From Moniliella sp. 'wahieum' (lineage: Eukaryota): a DNA stretch of 64,000 nt. The stretch covers positions 682,001 to 746,000 of the forward strand of contig RSEE01000007.1 of NCBI GenBank assembly GCA_003971905.1, written 5' to 3'. Positions 51,561-64,000 of the stretch are shown here, piece by piece. A model generated the notes under the pieces. That model saw nothing but the letters and a program-made list of their open reading frames with translations. It had not been told where the DNA came from and did not search any database. A program made the position numbers and the translations under genes. The first letter of the stretch is position 1. The number at the start of each line of letters is the position of its first letter.

Positions 51561-53624
51561 TTACTTCCGATAACGCAGCTTGGTAAAGTTAAAGAAGAGC
51601 TGCAGCACCCCGCTCGAACGAGTTGCGGAACCCCTTGCGCCGCCCCATCTCCCACGGCTTGTTTACGATGCGGAACGCAATGTCCTCGTACGGAGGTCCG
51701 GCGCGGAACACCAGGAGCACCGTTTCCTCGTCGCCCGGGCGGCGCAGCTCATACGTGGGCGCCTTGAGCGGATCAATCAGGTCGGGATAAAAAATGTTGA
51801 ACTTGTAGCCTTGGACCACCTTGGGTGGTGGGTTGTCGGTATCGTAGTGGGTCTGGTTGTACTTGTTCCACTCAAAGCCGGTAGCGACACGGTTCATAAA
51901 CCGAGGCTTGCGCGGTCGGTACTTGTTCTCCCACGCATACGTCCCTTTGACTGCCGTCGGCACATTGAACGCTTCCTGGCCAAACGCCTCCACTTCGTCG
52001 TCCGAATCCTGGTCCATCGCCCGCGCTGCATCGGCTTGGTACCGCGCGCAGGTCCTCGTCGCCGTCAAAGTCCTCGTCACCCCCATGCACTTCTTCTTGC
52101 GTCCCAGTCCGAAGAGCCGGCTTGGAATGGGAAGGTCCGCGCCTTCTCCCTGCGCCATGGGTACAAAGGTTTGGGCCAGTACGGCCTTCCGAGCCATAAG
52201 GAGAAGGTTCCGGTCTTGAGCCTGGTCCACGATGGGGAACTGGTCGACAAAGGGAAGGGTGGAGTAGTCGGTTTCCGGGATGGTAGGTGGCTCGAGATCC
52301 AACGTAAAGTTGGTTTCGGTGGGAACCGAAGAGGGAGGGAGGGACCGCTGGTGAGGAGCGCAACCTCACGTTGTTTCCTCCGCAAGAACTCGATCCGGTT
52401 GGCAAGGACAAGTTTATGGATTTCCCTCAGCTGGTGCCGTGCTAGGAATACATCAATCTTGCGCACCAGCAACAGCCAATATTCCATATCGATGGGTTCG
52501 CCCGAGCTGAGTTTGGCCTCGACAGAGCGCTTGAGCGTCTCGAGTTCGTCTGCCGTCTTGGCCTCGAGCATGCTCTCCATTTTGGCTTGCACCTCGGGCT
52601 TGTCCTCGCGCAAAGAGGCAAGTGTGTCGTCGCACAAGAGCTGAAGAGCATGCCAAAAGGCCCGATTCCGTGCATCGGTTTCGAGAGAGAGGTACATGGC
52701 AATGTCCGCCTTCAGCTCCACCACCTCCCCCTCATCGAGCATTTGAAAGACCGAGTCGGGCTCCTTCAGATCCACTTCCAATCCAGCCTCGTCGTCCTCG
52801 TCGCCCTCGCCCATCTCCTCTTGCGGGAGGGCCATTCCATTGCGTTCTGCCAGCGCCATCTCGACCGATTTCGCCGACCGCCGGGCGCCGCGGCCAGGCT
52901 CGGCCCAGCGCAAATTCATCGCCATCACATCGATTGGTTTCGCCCGATTCTCTCGGATCCGGATCGCAGCTCTCTTCTTGGCCTGCGTCAGAGAAAACTC
53001 ATCTTCCTTCTCCACCCACTCTATCGCCCCCTGATCCTGGTTTAAGCGAGTCAGTCGCTCCTCTTCCTCCCGGCGGAGCTGGGCCTCCTTCTCTCGCTGG
53101 ACTCGGCGGGCGGAGAGGAGCGCAATCTCTTCCTCGGCCTCTTTCCTCCGCACCTCGTCCCGCCGCCTCGCTTCCTCAGGGGTGAGACCCATGCGTCGTT
53201 CCTTCTCCTCCTTCTTTGCCCATCGCTGCGGTGGGCGCTGCTCCTCTTCCCCGGCATACAGCAACACCTCGGCCTGCTTTCGCCGTGCCTCGGCTTCCTC
53301 CTCTTCTAGAGCACGTTTCCGTTTCTCGCGCCGGCGCTCAGCGCGCTTGCGGTCCCTCCGCTCCTCACTCGTCTCCCGCCGGCGAGGCGAACGTTCCCGC
53401 TCATGACGGTGACGAGCATGAGGCGAATCGTGTCGGTGACGTGACCGGGCGTCCCGGCGGTCGCGCTCTTCGTGCCGCCGCTCGTCGCGGCGATCGCGGT
53501 CGCGCTCCTCGTCTCGTCGGGAACGATGTCGGTCTCGACGGTTGGAGTGGGAGTGGGAGTGGGAATGGGAGTGGGAGGAACGGGGACGGCGGTCGGGGGG
53601 CGCAGCGTCAGGAGAGTCGGGCAT
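51561..53624 (-). CDS. CACTIN: Cactin (spliceosome-associated)
   Basis: Arg-rich N-terminus; mid domain EDEFSLTQAKKRAAIRIRENRAKPID; C-terminal KYRPRKPRFMNRV.TGFEWNKYNQTHYD.DNPPPKVVQGYKFNIFYPDLID, AGPPYEDIAFRIV and LQLFFNFTKLRYRK*. Confidence 0.95.
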
Positions 53625-53681
53625 GGTGGTGGTGGCGGGGCTGCTGATACAAGTTGAGCACCTGCAGCGGCTAGCAGCGAT

Positions 53682-53703
53682 ATTCCGCCCTGCGGTGCGG
53701 AAT
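53682..53703. promoter_or_regulatory. Palindrome ATTCCGC-N8-GCGGAAT in the cactin bidirectional promoter
   Basis: Same arms and spacing as 15704-15725. Confidence 0.5.
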
Positions 53704-53800
53704 GCGCGTGGATTTACCCGCTGTGCTCAGCGACAACCACGTCGCGTCAAGCTTCAAGGCAGAGAGAGAGGGGGCAGGTCGACAGACAGACACCACCGCT

Positions 53801-55900
53801 ATGGCCTCTGAGTGGGTGTGGTGCCTCGGCGCGCCCGGCGTGGTGGGTGTGCCCGCAGCAGGCACCGCGCCTATGTGGGCACGCGCACCTGTGCCCTCTG
53901 ACCGCCCCTCCTCCCGCCTCCTCCCCGCCGCCCACCGCGCCCCGCCTCGTCGCCCGCCCACACCGCCGCGCCCGCCGCCACGCGCTCAGCAGCCACGAGC
54001 GCCGCACGCTCGCCGACCTGGTCGCCGTCGCGCGCGCCGCGCACCCCAACCCTCCTCCGCCCTCCTCCGCGCCCTGGCCGTCGCCATGCTGCCCACGCGC
54101 GACGCGGACGAAATGGCGCGTCTCGCGCGCCACGCCACCCTCTTGCCCGAGCGGCGCCTCGACTTGCCCGCCCCGCTCCCGCCGCCCGCGCTGCCGGGGC
54201 TGCCGCACAGCACGCGCGCACGCGCTCCTGCCCCTCCGCTACCCCTCCCCGCACATTGGATCCGCCGACGCAGGCCGGCACCGCCCGCGCGCCCCGTGCG
54301 CCCTGCCCCGCCCCTCCGTCCTCTCGACCGTGCGAGCGCGGGCGAGGCGGAGCCCGTCCTCGCCCCTGCCTCGTCCCCGCCCGCTCGCCCGCTCGCGCCT
54401 CGGCCTCGGAAACGCCGCATGCGGCTTCGACCACGTACGCGAACGCGCGTTCTGCCCACCCGCGCATTGCGCGGCAGGAGACAAGCGTTCTGGGTCCTGC
54501 CCTCCCAAACACAACCACCCCCGCCATCGCAAGCTTCTCCCTCTGCTGCGCCAACCAGGCGGAAGAATAACAGAGGCCGCGCTGCCTCGCAAATCTCCGC
54601 TCGTCGCGTCATCTTCCCAGCCGACCCGCACCACCCCCACCGCGACTGACGCGTCTCGCACCCCCGGTGTCCGAGGCGGGGGAAAGCGCGCCTCGGCGCC
54701 CAAGACGACCACGGACACACCCCTTGTCCCGCAAGACGCTGGTACGGCGACCCATCCTCCCCCTGACCTGTCTGGCACCACCGAATCGGTACCCGAAGGC
54801 ACTGGCCCAAGCCCTGCCTCTGACACCTTGTCCAAACGGCCTTCTCCCGTCCCGCCCGTCCCGGCGCCGCGATCGAAGCGTAGGAAAACCAGGCCGGACG
54901 AGACGGTGCCTACGTCGCAACCGGGGAAGATGGAGATGGAGAAGGAGCCGGAGATGGGGATGGAGATGGGGGTGGGACGCAGCCGATGGAGCTTGACGTG
55001 TTCGGGCCTGTTCCGCTGCCTGCGTCAGATCCTTTCGACGAGGACTTCCGCGCGCCCGCGGCGGTGGTACGAGGCGGAGTGAGCCGGCGCCTACTCGCTG
55101 CGCACGAGGGACGTGGGCGGTTCTGCCCCGTCTCCGCCTGGGTCGGTGGTCGAGACGTCTTCCCCAAGCGAAGTGGTACTTGCGCTAGGACTCGACCGAA
55201 GTAACCCCAATGACCCTACCGATGCAACCGACCCAACCGACCCAGGGCCGGAGGAAGCCCAAGATGGAACGGCCGATCGTCCCATCTTGGTTGGCGAGGC
55301 GGAAGAGTGGGAAGACCTGGCTGACACGGACGACGAGGATGACTTTGACTCGCTTTTGCCCACGCCCGTGCCCGCTTAACGACGAGCACGGCGCCGAGCA
55401 CGAGCACGAGGCCGACAAGTGGGCCGACATGGCCGAGCGGTTTTCCTTGTTGCCCGATGCGTTGTCCCGGCTAGAAACGCTGTTTGCTCTGGCCTTGGGC
55501 GAGTGGAATCCGCCTCTGTCCGAGGCGCAGCGGTTGCACCAGATTGCCCAGCTACTCGTCCCGGTCTCGGACTTGGACCCCGCTCCGGTCGCGGAGCACG
55601 AGGAGACGAACCACGCGCCTTGGGTGCGTCCGGGAGCCGGGCGGTGGGGCCGGCCCCCCTTTGTCGGTGGGAGCGGGGACGACGCTCGTCCCGAGCTGGG
55701 AGCCGAGCCGTCGTCGGACGATCCCTTGGCGTTGGCCGATGCAGATATGGACGGGGCTGCTTGTTTCCCGCTGGCACCGACGGAAGACCGAGGAATCTGG
55801 TTCCTCACCATAGCACAACCCTTGGTCCGAACCAATCTATACCTCTTGCCCATCATACACTATGAGGGTAGAAAGGGCCCAAGAAACAGTTGGCCAGAGA
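53801..55900 (+). CDS. Hypothetical Pro-rich protein with Cys/His clusters
   Basis: ATG at 53801, divergent from cactin. Overlapping ORFs 53847-55082, 55113-55379 and 55210-56019. No family recognised; end uncertain. Confidence 0.4.
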
Positions 55901-55976
55901 GGAAACGAACGAATGAATCAGGGAATTGTGGAGCAGGGGGCTGCCCACAGGGTACGGGTACAGGGTACGAACTACG

Positions 55977-57420
55977 CTATGGGCACGGCCTAGGTCGCGC
56001 CCAGCGCCCCAGTGTATAGTTTAAGCGCAACACTACCAAATCCCGGCCCATGCGCACCGAGTCGCGTAACAAGTCCACCTTGGACCCTGAGATCTCGTGC
56101 CAGTCCACCGCCACCTCCCCAATCGGCAACGGCAGCCGTGCCACCTCGTCTTCTTCCCGCATCGAGTGCAGGTGCACTTTCTCGGGCGGGGGCGGGGGGC
56201 CACCATGCGGCGTCCGCACGGGTTCTACCTCCTTATCCTCTGCTGCGCTCGCCGGGGCAGGCACGCGCCGGGCGGCAAGCGCGGCTTGTGCCACCTCGGG
56301 CTGGGCGAGGGAGGCAGTGGACGCCATCTCGGCCAGGAGAAGCAGCTCGACATCAAAGATCCACCGATCGATGTGGGCGAGCGGCAGCAGGGGGCTACGG
56401 TGGGGCGCGTGAAGAGTTTGAAGCCGCATTGGGTGTCTGCGATGGCCGGCTGGACTGGTAGTGATTTCCCCCTTGGCGCCCAGGGCAAGGCGGGCAGCGA
56501 CGGTGGGTCCATGAGCAACGAGAGGAGCAGGTGGAAGCCGTACATGAGCAGATTGCGCACCCACGAGCGCTAGAAACAACGTCAGCCTTCGTACCAAAGA
56601 GCACACCCGAGGGAAGAAGAAGAAAGCAAAGCAGGCACGCACCTTAACCGTGGCCTCGCTGCCGACGAGATGAGCACGAGAGCCAACGACAATGCCGTAT
56701 CCGGCCGGCGACGCGATCCGCGCCATCTCAGCCATGAGGCGGCCCAGGTCTGAGAAGCGAGTGGCGCCATCGGCATCGGCAAACAGGACCAGTTGGCCGC
56801 GCGAATGGAGCATGCCATGCCGCACTGCGGCGCCCTTGCCGCGGTTGTGCTCAAGACGGACGAGACGCATGTCGATAGCGGGGTGAGCGCGGGCATAGGC
56901 CAGCACTTGTTCGGCCGTGCCATCGGAGGAGCCGTCGTCGATAATGAGCACTTCGGGAGTGGGAGCGCGGCGCGCAGGCGCGCAGGCAGCGCGGCCAGGG
57001 CGGCGGCAAAGGCGTCGGAGGCGAGATAGGCGAGCGCGTCGTCGAGCATCTGGGGCAAGCGCTTCGTCTCATTGAAGGCGGGCACGACCACCGACACGTC
57101 CACGTCGCCCTGGGTGGCACGCACGCTGTCGGAGAGCGCCGGGGCAGCGGGTGGCGACGTCGGCGGAGTGGGCGGAGCGGAAGGTGCGCTCGGAGGCGCA
57201 GAGGGGCAGCGGGGCAGGCGTGGCGAGCACGAGGAGCGCGCGCGTGGCGAGGACGAGGACGAGGAGCGGCGCGAGCACCAGCGCCCCGCCACGCGCGGGT
57301 CCGACGACAGCCGCCCAGCGCCCGCGACACAGACGACGCCACGCCCGCGGCCAGCGCAGCCATCCACGCGGCGGAGGCGCCGACAGCCGTGCCGCCCGAC
57401 GCACAGCAGGGCGCAGCCAT
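55977..57420 (-). CDS. ALG5: Dolichyl-phosphate beta-glucosyltransferase (GT2)
   Basis: N-terminal TM segment, SVVVPAFNETKRLPQML, IIDDGSSDGT, NRGKGAAVRHGMLHSRG..LFADADGA, GSRAHLV, DTQCGFKLFTR, WIFDVELL and EVAVDWHEISGSK. Intron ~56642-56570. Confidence 0.93.
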
Positions 57421-58043
57421 CGGGGCAGTCGGAGCAAGCGAGGCGGAGAGACGCGAAGAAGAGAGAAGCGAAGCGCAGCAGCCACGTGCAGATGTTGGTC
57501 AGCTGCGTCTGAGCGCCGCGGGTGGTGCGGCGCCGCGCGCCACGTGGCACCCACCGCACCGCCCAACTCCGGCGGCCCCCGCATCTTCCCATTTGCGCTG
57601 CCACCACCGGTCGATCGCCCGGCTCGAACCCACGACCTGCCCACGGCCTGCCCTGCGCGTGTTGGTTCCACCCCCGGACAGTTTGGCAGAGAACCTGGCC
57701 CCACACTGGCGCCGTGCAGCGAGGCATACCCGCGCACGAGGCCACAACGGGAAAATGGCCCACGCCCCGTTTCAGAAACCCACAGGAACGGGACAACCAC
57801 GGACGACTGCCCCTGCGCTGCCTGCCGCGCAGACTGGTTGCGTGCTTGCCATGCCAGGCACACGCACGTTCGCACTTTCTTATCAAGCCCGTTTTTTTAG
57901 TGCACCCCCCACCACCTCCACCTGTCCACGCCCGCGACACGTACAGCTGTTCCTTTTGTTTTCTCCACCATTCCACCCGTACCACAGCCACCCCTCTCCC
58001 TCCTCCTCCTCCGCTCTCCGCCAGCGCACTCCCTGGCGAGAAG

Positions 58044-60605
58044 ATGCTTTCACTCTTCCAGCCGTGCGACATCAAGCTCCACTTGCTGCAGATGTCATTT
58101 TTGTCCACCCCCCGCACCACCGGTCGCGCCCAGCACCTCCTTGGATCCACCCAAGAGCGAGGATGAGCTGGTGCGCGGACTGGTAGAGGTGCGCGTGCCG
58201 AGCGACCGCACCATTGGGGGGCCAAGGTGCGCATCAAGGGGATGGAGATGGTGGGCATCCTCGACCCACGACTCAGTTGCCCACTGCTTTGACGAGCGCG
58301 TCATCCTTGACAAGACACTCGAACTGGGCGTGGCCAAACACAAGGGCCGAACCAGTCGTTCCACTAGTCGCGCGCCCAGTCGGGCCACCAGTCGAGCCCC
58401 GAGTCGTTCCACCAGCCGCGCGCCTCCTGCTTCGCTCCCACCCAGCCACGCGCCTTCGCACACCCCGCTTCCCGCGCCCCTTCCCAACCCGTCTCCCGCG
58501 CCGCTTCGCCCCACACCCAGGGGATCCGAGTCGGACGATGACGCTCGAGGTGCCGAAGGAGAAGATCGAGGAAGGAAAGCATCGCGCGACTCTGTTGCAG
58601 GCACTGGATTTGCCGGTGCACTTGCGGCTGCATTGAGGGGCCACTCTTCCTCTCGCAATTCCCCTTCACGAAGCAGGAGCAAAGCTGCCCGTCCCCCTTC
58701 TCCACGGAGTAGTAGCCGGGCGCGCAACCCCCTGGCAACTGGGGGCGAGGGACTGGTATTAACCCCGTTCCAGGACGGCAGAGTGTTACGCACCACCCCT
58801 TTGAGGACCATGAGGACGAAGCGCGGGGTCGCTCTGTGTTGCGTCCCAGCGGACGGGACGAGACTCGGTTCGGGTCCCGGTCACCTTCAGTCGGGCTCTT
58901 TCCCGGGCCGCGTCCAAGACGCGCGACATCCATTTTCCCCATGACTTGGTGGAGGAAGAGGGAAGGTATGGACGCGGAGGCCGACGAAGGCATGTTTGTC
59001 GCCAAGGGCATCCACGGGTACGTGCCCCCCGCCCCCCCGTTCGTAGCATCTCACCACACACACTGACGCTAACCACTATTTAGGTTCGAGTTTGCGTTTA
59101 TCCTTCCGTCCAACTGCGCGCCGTACGAGCGTTCGTCCTATGGCCGGGTGCGGTACATGATCAAGGCGACCATTCTTGGCGGCGGGAGAGCCAAGAGCAA
59201 TGTGGATGCCGTGCGCGAAATTTTCCCCATGGCTGTGCCTTCGTCCGAGTCGCCCAATACGCCCTTATCGGTACTGTACCACGACTGGCATGACAGCTTG
59301 GGCGGTGTGTTGTCGGTCGCCTGCACGGCCAACTCCATCTCGGTTGGCGGCATCTTCAATATTGATGTCCATTCGCCCGACTCGCCGACGGATTTGATTG
59401 TGTACCAGGTACGCGTCACGCTCGAAACCACCGTGGATCTTTACACGGCCAAGCGCGGACGGCAAACGACGCGCATCCGGCCTGTCCGGCTGTTCGAGAA
59501 GGGGGCCGCGCCACACAAGGCGGGCGAGATGGAGAGTGACAAGATCCGAGAAACGGCAATTCGGTGGAGTGGCACGCAAGATTCTTGGTCGGTCCAGGGC
59601 CTGGCCCGCATCCCGATGACAACACCACCCGTCCCACCACCCTGCCGGAGCAAGGCCGATATCCGATTTTCGCATCAACTCGTCGTCGAGGTCATCCACT
59701 CGCGCGACCCTGTTGCCGAGGGCCACCCAGCGGACACGGAGCGCAAGCTCAAGGTGTATGCGCTGCGGCAGCCCGTCGTTATTCCCTCGTGCTGTGTGCG
59801 TACAATGCGGTGACGCTGCCCCGGTACGAGGAGAAGGAGAACGCGCCCACGACGTTGGAACACATGTACCGCGTGCCCGAGGAGTTGGCCAGCAACGACA
59901 ATGCTACCCAATCGCCTTGGTCCGTGGCCGCCGCGCCGTTCCAGGGTGCTGGACACGACCAGTGCGTGTGCGGGATGAGCATTGCGGATTTGGAGGCCAA
60001 GGAGCGCAACATGCTGCCCCAGGGCCCCGGCTACCCTGTACCGGTTAATGAGGTGCGCGGTCGCATGGCAAAATTGGCGATTATGCACCGGTGGACGATG
60101 CGGCGGTGGAGCGCGATAGGGGGGCAACATCCGCGTCCTCGGCGTCGGCTTCGGCTTCGGCTTCGCTTCGACTTCGGCTTTGGCTTCGGCGTCAACGTCA
60201 GCTTCGGCCTTGGCGGCCTCGGTGCCCGTCTCGGAGGCCACGACCCCCATTTCCAGCCCGCCCTGGTCGCCTGCGAACCCCCCCAAGCGGCCGGAGATGC
60301 TACGCTCCTTATCTACGCCCATTGTGCGCACTGTGGCGGCGCGACCACCGCCGCCGGCCTGGACGGTGCGCTGGTCGCGCGCTCCAGCGCACGCGCGACA
60401 ACTTGCCCCCCACACCGTCGCCTGGCGTTCCGCTCGCGCCACGCCCGGCTCGGGCCGAACAACGCCGGCGCAATCGGGGCCGGTGGCACAGGGCCTCGTC
60501 TCTGACTTGGCTCGCATGGGATACGCGAAGTCCCTCGCGGCTCCCCGCCCGCCTATGACAGTCTCGCCTAACTTGCAAGCTACCCACCGTGCCACGGCAC
60601 AGTAA
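58044..60605 (+). CDS. Alpha-arrestin-like adaptor
   Basis: DIKLHLL.DVIFVHP, VRGLVEV, KGIHG, intron, FEFAFILPSNCAPYERSSYGRVRYMIKAT, IRFSHQLVVEV and a PY-type motif LPRY. Intron ~59019-59083. Confidence 0.8.
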
Positions 60606-60630
60606 TACCACGACCCAATGCATCCTTTCC

Positions 60631-63600
60631 TCACGGCCCCTGCGCCACCCAGCGTACCCACTCCCGAATCGGTGTGCCCCAGGCACCTCGTCCCGTTCGG
60701 CCCCTTGTTCTTCTTCTTCGTCTTCGGTAGGCAGCGCCGCAACGTGTCCTTCCAAATCCGTTTCGAGGAGGGGCGGGATGAGGTGCATGATCTGTTCCAG
60801 CCGTTGAAGCGGGGAGATTAGTACCTTGTCTTTCGGCAGAGGCGCCAAGTCTCCATCTCCTCTTCGCCTTCTTCCTCTGTCTCTTGCTCCTCTTGTTCTT
60901 GTTCTTGCTCTTCTGGTCCTCTTGGTCTCCCGGCGAGGCAGAGGCAGCAGTAAGGCACGACCATGTGTCGGGCTGGTCCATGCCGTTTCGGCCGGCGCAG
61001 TGTCGTACCCTTCCCATGCCAGGCATGCGGCTTCGCCGCGGTGCAGCAAGCTGGTCGCATACTCGGCCCGCGCTACGATGTCAGCGGCACACACGAGCAG
61101 ACGAGCGCAATGGGCCGCGTGCGACACACTGGCAAACCCGGCTGTGACCCTGGTTCCGTATCAGGCAGATCAGTACTGAGGACCTGAGCATCGGCGTAGA
61201 AGAACAAATGCCAAGACCTACTTGAGAGGTACACCATCTCCTCGGGCTCATTCAGCTCGGCGCTGACCCGCCTCCGGGGGAAAGGACCCCATGTGCGCCG
61301 GGTAAAGGGGAGCTGGCGCAGGCCGTTCCTGGGCGTCATGAAGAAGGAGGCCATTGAGAAAGACATCGTAGTAGTGGGTCGCGATGATGGTCTTGGGCGT
61401 CTGCGTGCCACGCAGAAGCACGTCCTCGGCGATGGAGGCAAAGATGGCGGCGCCATCTTGGGCACGATTAGCATTTGACGACACAAGAGACAACAACGAA
61501 GAGGAGGTGCCCATACCCAATTTGTCGTGGCTGTGCCCACCTCGTCGAGGAGGAGGAGAGCGAGGTGTAGCCTGGCGTAATGCAAAGGATACCTACCATG
61601 TCGATTAGGAAGCTGCTCTGCACTCGAGCTGCCGACTCGACAATGCGGATGCTTCCCAGAACTGGTCCCTGTCAGTCGCAGTCTCTGGTAACACGCAGAT
61701 GGAAATGTGGGAAACCGCCATACTCTTATCGCAAATGCCCATGGTGACCGAGTCCGCAGGGCAAGCAGCCGCACTGAGCCATGTACCTTGGCAGAGGGTT
61801 AGCACCAAAAGAGCAAACAACATCATTGAGGTGCAGCACATACACGATCAATGCGTTTGCTTGATGTACATGCTCTTGCCCCCACAGTTAGTACCGGTTA
61901 CAATCACCATACTGTTGTACTGCTTGTCTTCGTCTTCGTCTTCATCTTCTTTCCCGCCCGCCTCCTCCATGGAATCGTCGGATGTGATGGTCACCACATC
62001 CTCTTCATCGAGTCCTGATGAGGGCGTTCCCCCCAAAGCGCAGGAGGAAGGAGTGACACCCAACCCCCCTATCAAGTCGAGGTGATTAGGGAAACGAGTC
62101 AAGGTACTGCTCTGCCATCGGGTGACGACCTTCCAATAAAGGGGTCAGTTCACATTCCCTCTCTTCTTTGCTGTAAGAGAAACAAACCGTTGACGACGTG
62201 AAGCACGTTTTCCTCTACCAACTTGGGCCGCACGTAATTGTGATCGCGCGCCACCATTGCAAAGGAAATCAAGCTGCAGCACAGAGTTGTAGCGCATACT
62301 CTTTTGATCAGACGGAGAGAACAAGGGATAGGGCGTGCGTACCAGTCCAATTGGGCAATGCCTGAGCTGCCTGAAGAAGCTTGTGTTGACGTTGTACCAC
62401 CTGGTTGTGCAGCTCTTCAAGAATCTCTACCTCACGATCAGTGATGGCGGTATGAAGGTCGCCAACCTAGGAAACGGGTATGGTCAGTCACATCAACTTC
62501 AAAGCCCCCTGCCATTTACGGCCTTTCCACTGGGAAGTACTCACATGCTCATCCATCTCCTCCATTTCTCGTGCTTGTGGATGACCGTCAACTCGGACTC
62601 GTGCAGAAACAAAGGGGGGAGAAACAGGGGGGACATACACTTGTAGAATACTTCCACGTTGCTTGTGAACGTAAACCGGAGCCCATCAATCTCAGGGAGC
62701 GTGTCCATGTCGGTTGCAACGTCCGAACCATCATCCATCTCGCCGCGCTGCAATCGAACCCAGTTCCGCAGCTCTTGGATCGGGAGGGAGATAAAGTACC
62801 CCAACTGGGGAAATATTGGACTTGCATCCTTCCCACGGTCCACATCATGGTCAATCTCACCACACATTTTTTCCCTCAGATCCATCATGTATATCGGAAT
62901 CGACGTACACCTCAGCAAACTCACGATCACCTTGTCCCGCACCGAGCGGCCACCGAGGCAAGCAACTCGGGTAAGTCCTCGAACGCTTCACGGAGGTTAT
63001 CTAAGTCCTGGTCGATACCCCCACGTATACCACGTTTCGCTCCTGCGCGCTAAAAGAGAAGATGTAGGGAGGAAAGGTCAGCAAAGCAAAGTTCTTTGTG
63101 GAAACAACTGATACCGCCTTTGTACCTTTCGGTCCAATCGATCACGTTGAGCAGCCGCTCCAGTGTGTGTAAGGGTACTGGGTCAATCGAAGCATGCAAC
63201 TGGGAATGTTGTACCGTCAGAAACATGTCATGGCATCAAGACACCTGATTGGACTAAAGGGACCCACCGAAGCAAGCAAGGGCGCCTGAGAAACAAAGGT
63301 GGCCAAAGTACAATGCGCTTCCATGGCTACGGTGCAGAACTTGTGTACTTTTTTCCACGTTGACAGAGACACGTTTCCCTCGGCTAAGCTCCCCGTCAAG
63401 AGCGAAGGAGACGGCCAACGCCGCCAGCTGCGTCCGCAGCAGCTGCACCTCATCCCGCCCACGCAGCCCCGCCAAGACCTCAACTGCATCCAGACGCGCA
63501 GTGATCAACGCCGCATCCGTGGATGGAAAGGCGAGCCAGCGCCGCAAAAGGCTCCGGCCCGAGGGCGACACGGTTCGATCCAACACGTGGAGCAGCGGCA

Positions 63601-64000
63601 GTCCTTCACCCAGGGACGGGGCAGAGTGGAGGACGCCAAGAGCAGTACGAAGGCTGGAAGGGACCATCAAGAGTGAAGTGAGGTGCATGCGCTCCACTTG
63701 GCTGACCAGACCCCCCCCACCTCGCCGTGGGGGGCGAGGCGCAGCGCACGTGGCTCAGGAGCGGGGCAAGCGAAGCGCAGGAAGCGGGCATGCTGTCCAG
63801 CTCGAGGTAGGCGCCCAGAATCAGTTCCCGACCATACAACTCGTCTTGCTCCCCCCGCTCCTGCTCCTGCTCCTCCACTACCTGGGCGACGGAGCCACTG
63901 GTGACTTGTCCTGCGGCCTTCATCTTGAGTGTGAGAAGCTTGGACCGTCCTGCTTGGGTATTGAATTCGCGCGCCGGCTTTATATTTAGTTCTCCATCCC
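60631..64000 (-). CDS. MSH5: MutS homolog 5 (meiotic crossover factor), multi-intron, 5' end beyond the window
   Basis: LDRTVSPSGRSLLRRWLAFP, FPQLGYFISLP, IVTGTNCGGKSMYIKQ (Walker A) after an acidic insert, SLLLLDEVGT, IIATHYYDVF and SHAAHCARL. The combination fits MSH5 better than other MutS paralogs. 3' end uncertain. Confidence 0.8.

Overview
GC-rich, gene-dense fungal nuclear DNA. The short spliceosomal introns have GTACGT/GTGAGT donors and CTGAC/CTAAC branch sites, and the protein sequences look basidiomycete, most like smut-fungus relatives (inference). About 22 protein-coding genes and one intron-containing tRNA-Val(CAC) are present: SCH9-like kinase, MRPL32, NMD3, inorganic pyrophosphatase, PDB1, RPN3, gamma-tubulin, fibrillarin NOP1, protein kinase C, an SDR, RRP15, VPS4, a Ran1/Pat1-like kinase, a Cdc24-like RhoGEF, cactin, ALG5, an alpha-arrestin, MSH5 and several hypothetical genes. 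Nearly every gene carries 1-2 nt frameshifts, most likely uncorrected long-read errors, so gene ends are approximate. Best leads: a spliced 40-aa CxxC/CxxC microprotein gene missed by the ORF track; a half, motif-degenerate eIF4A-like gene; a Cdc24-like GEF lacking PH and PB1 domains; a PKC with a phosphomimetic hydrophobic motif; a two-copy ~170-bp MITE-like element; period-7 TGA/TCA-N4 palindromic arrays in promoters; and an ATTCCGC-N8-GCGGAAT palindrome shared by two bidirectional promoters.
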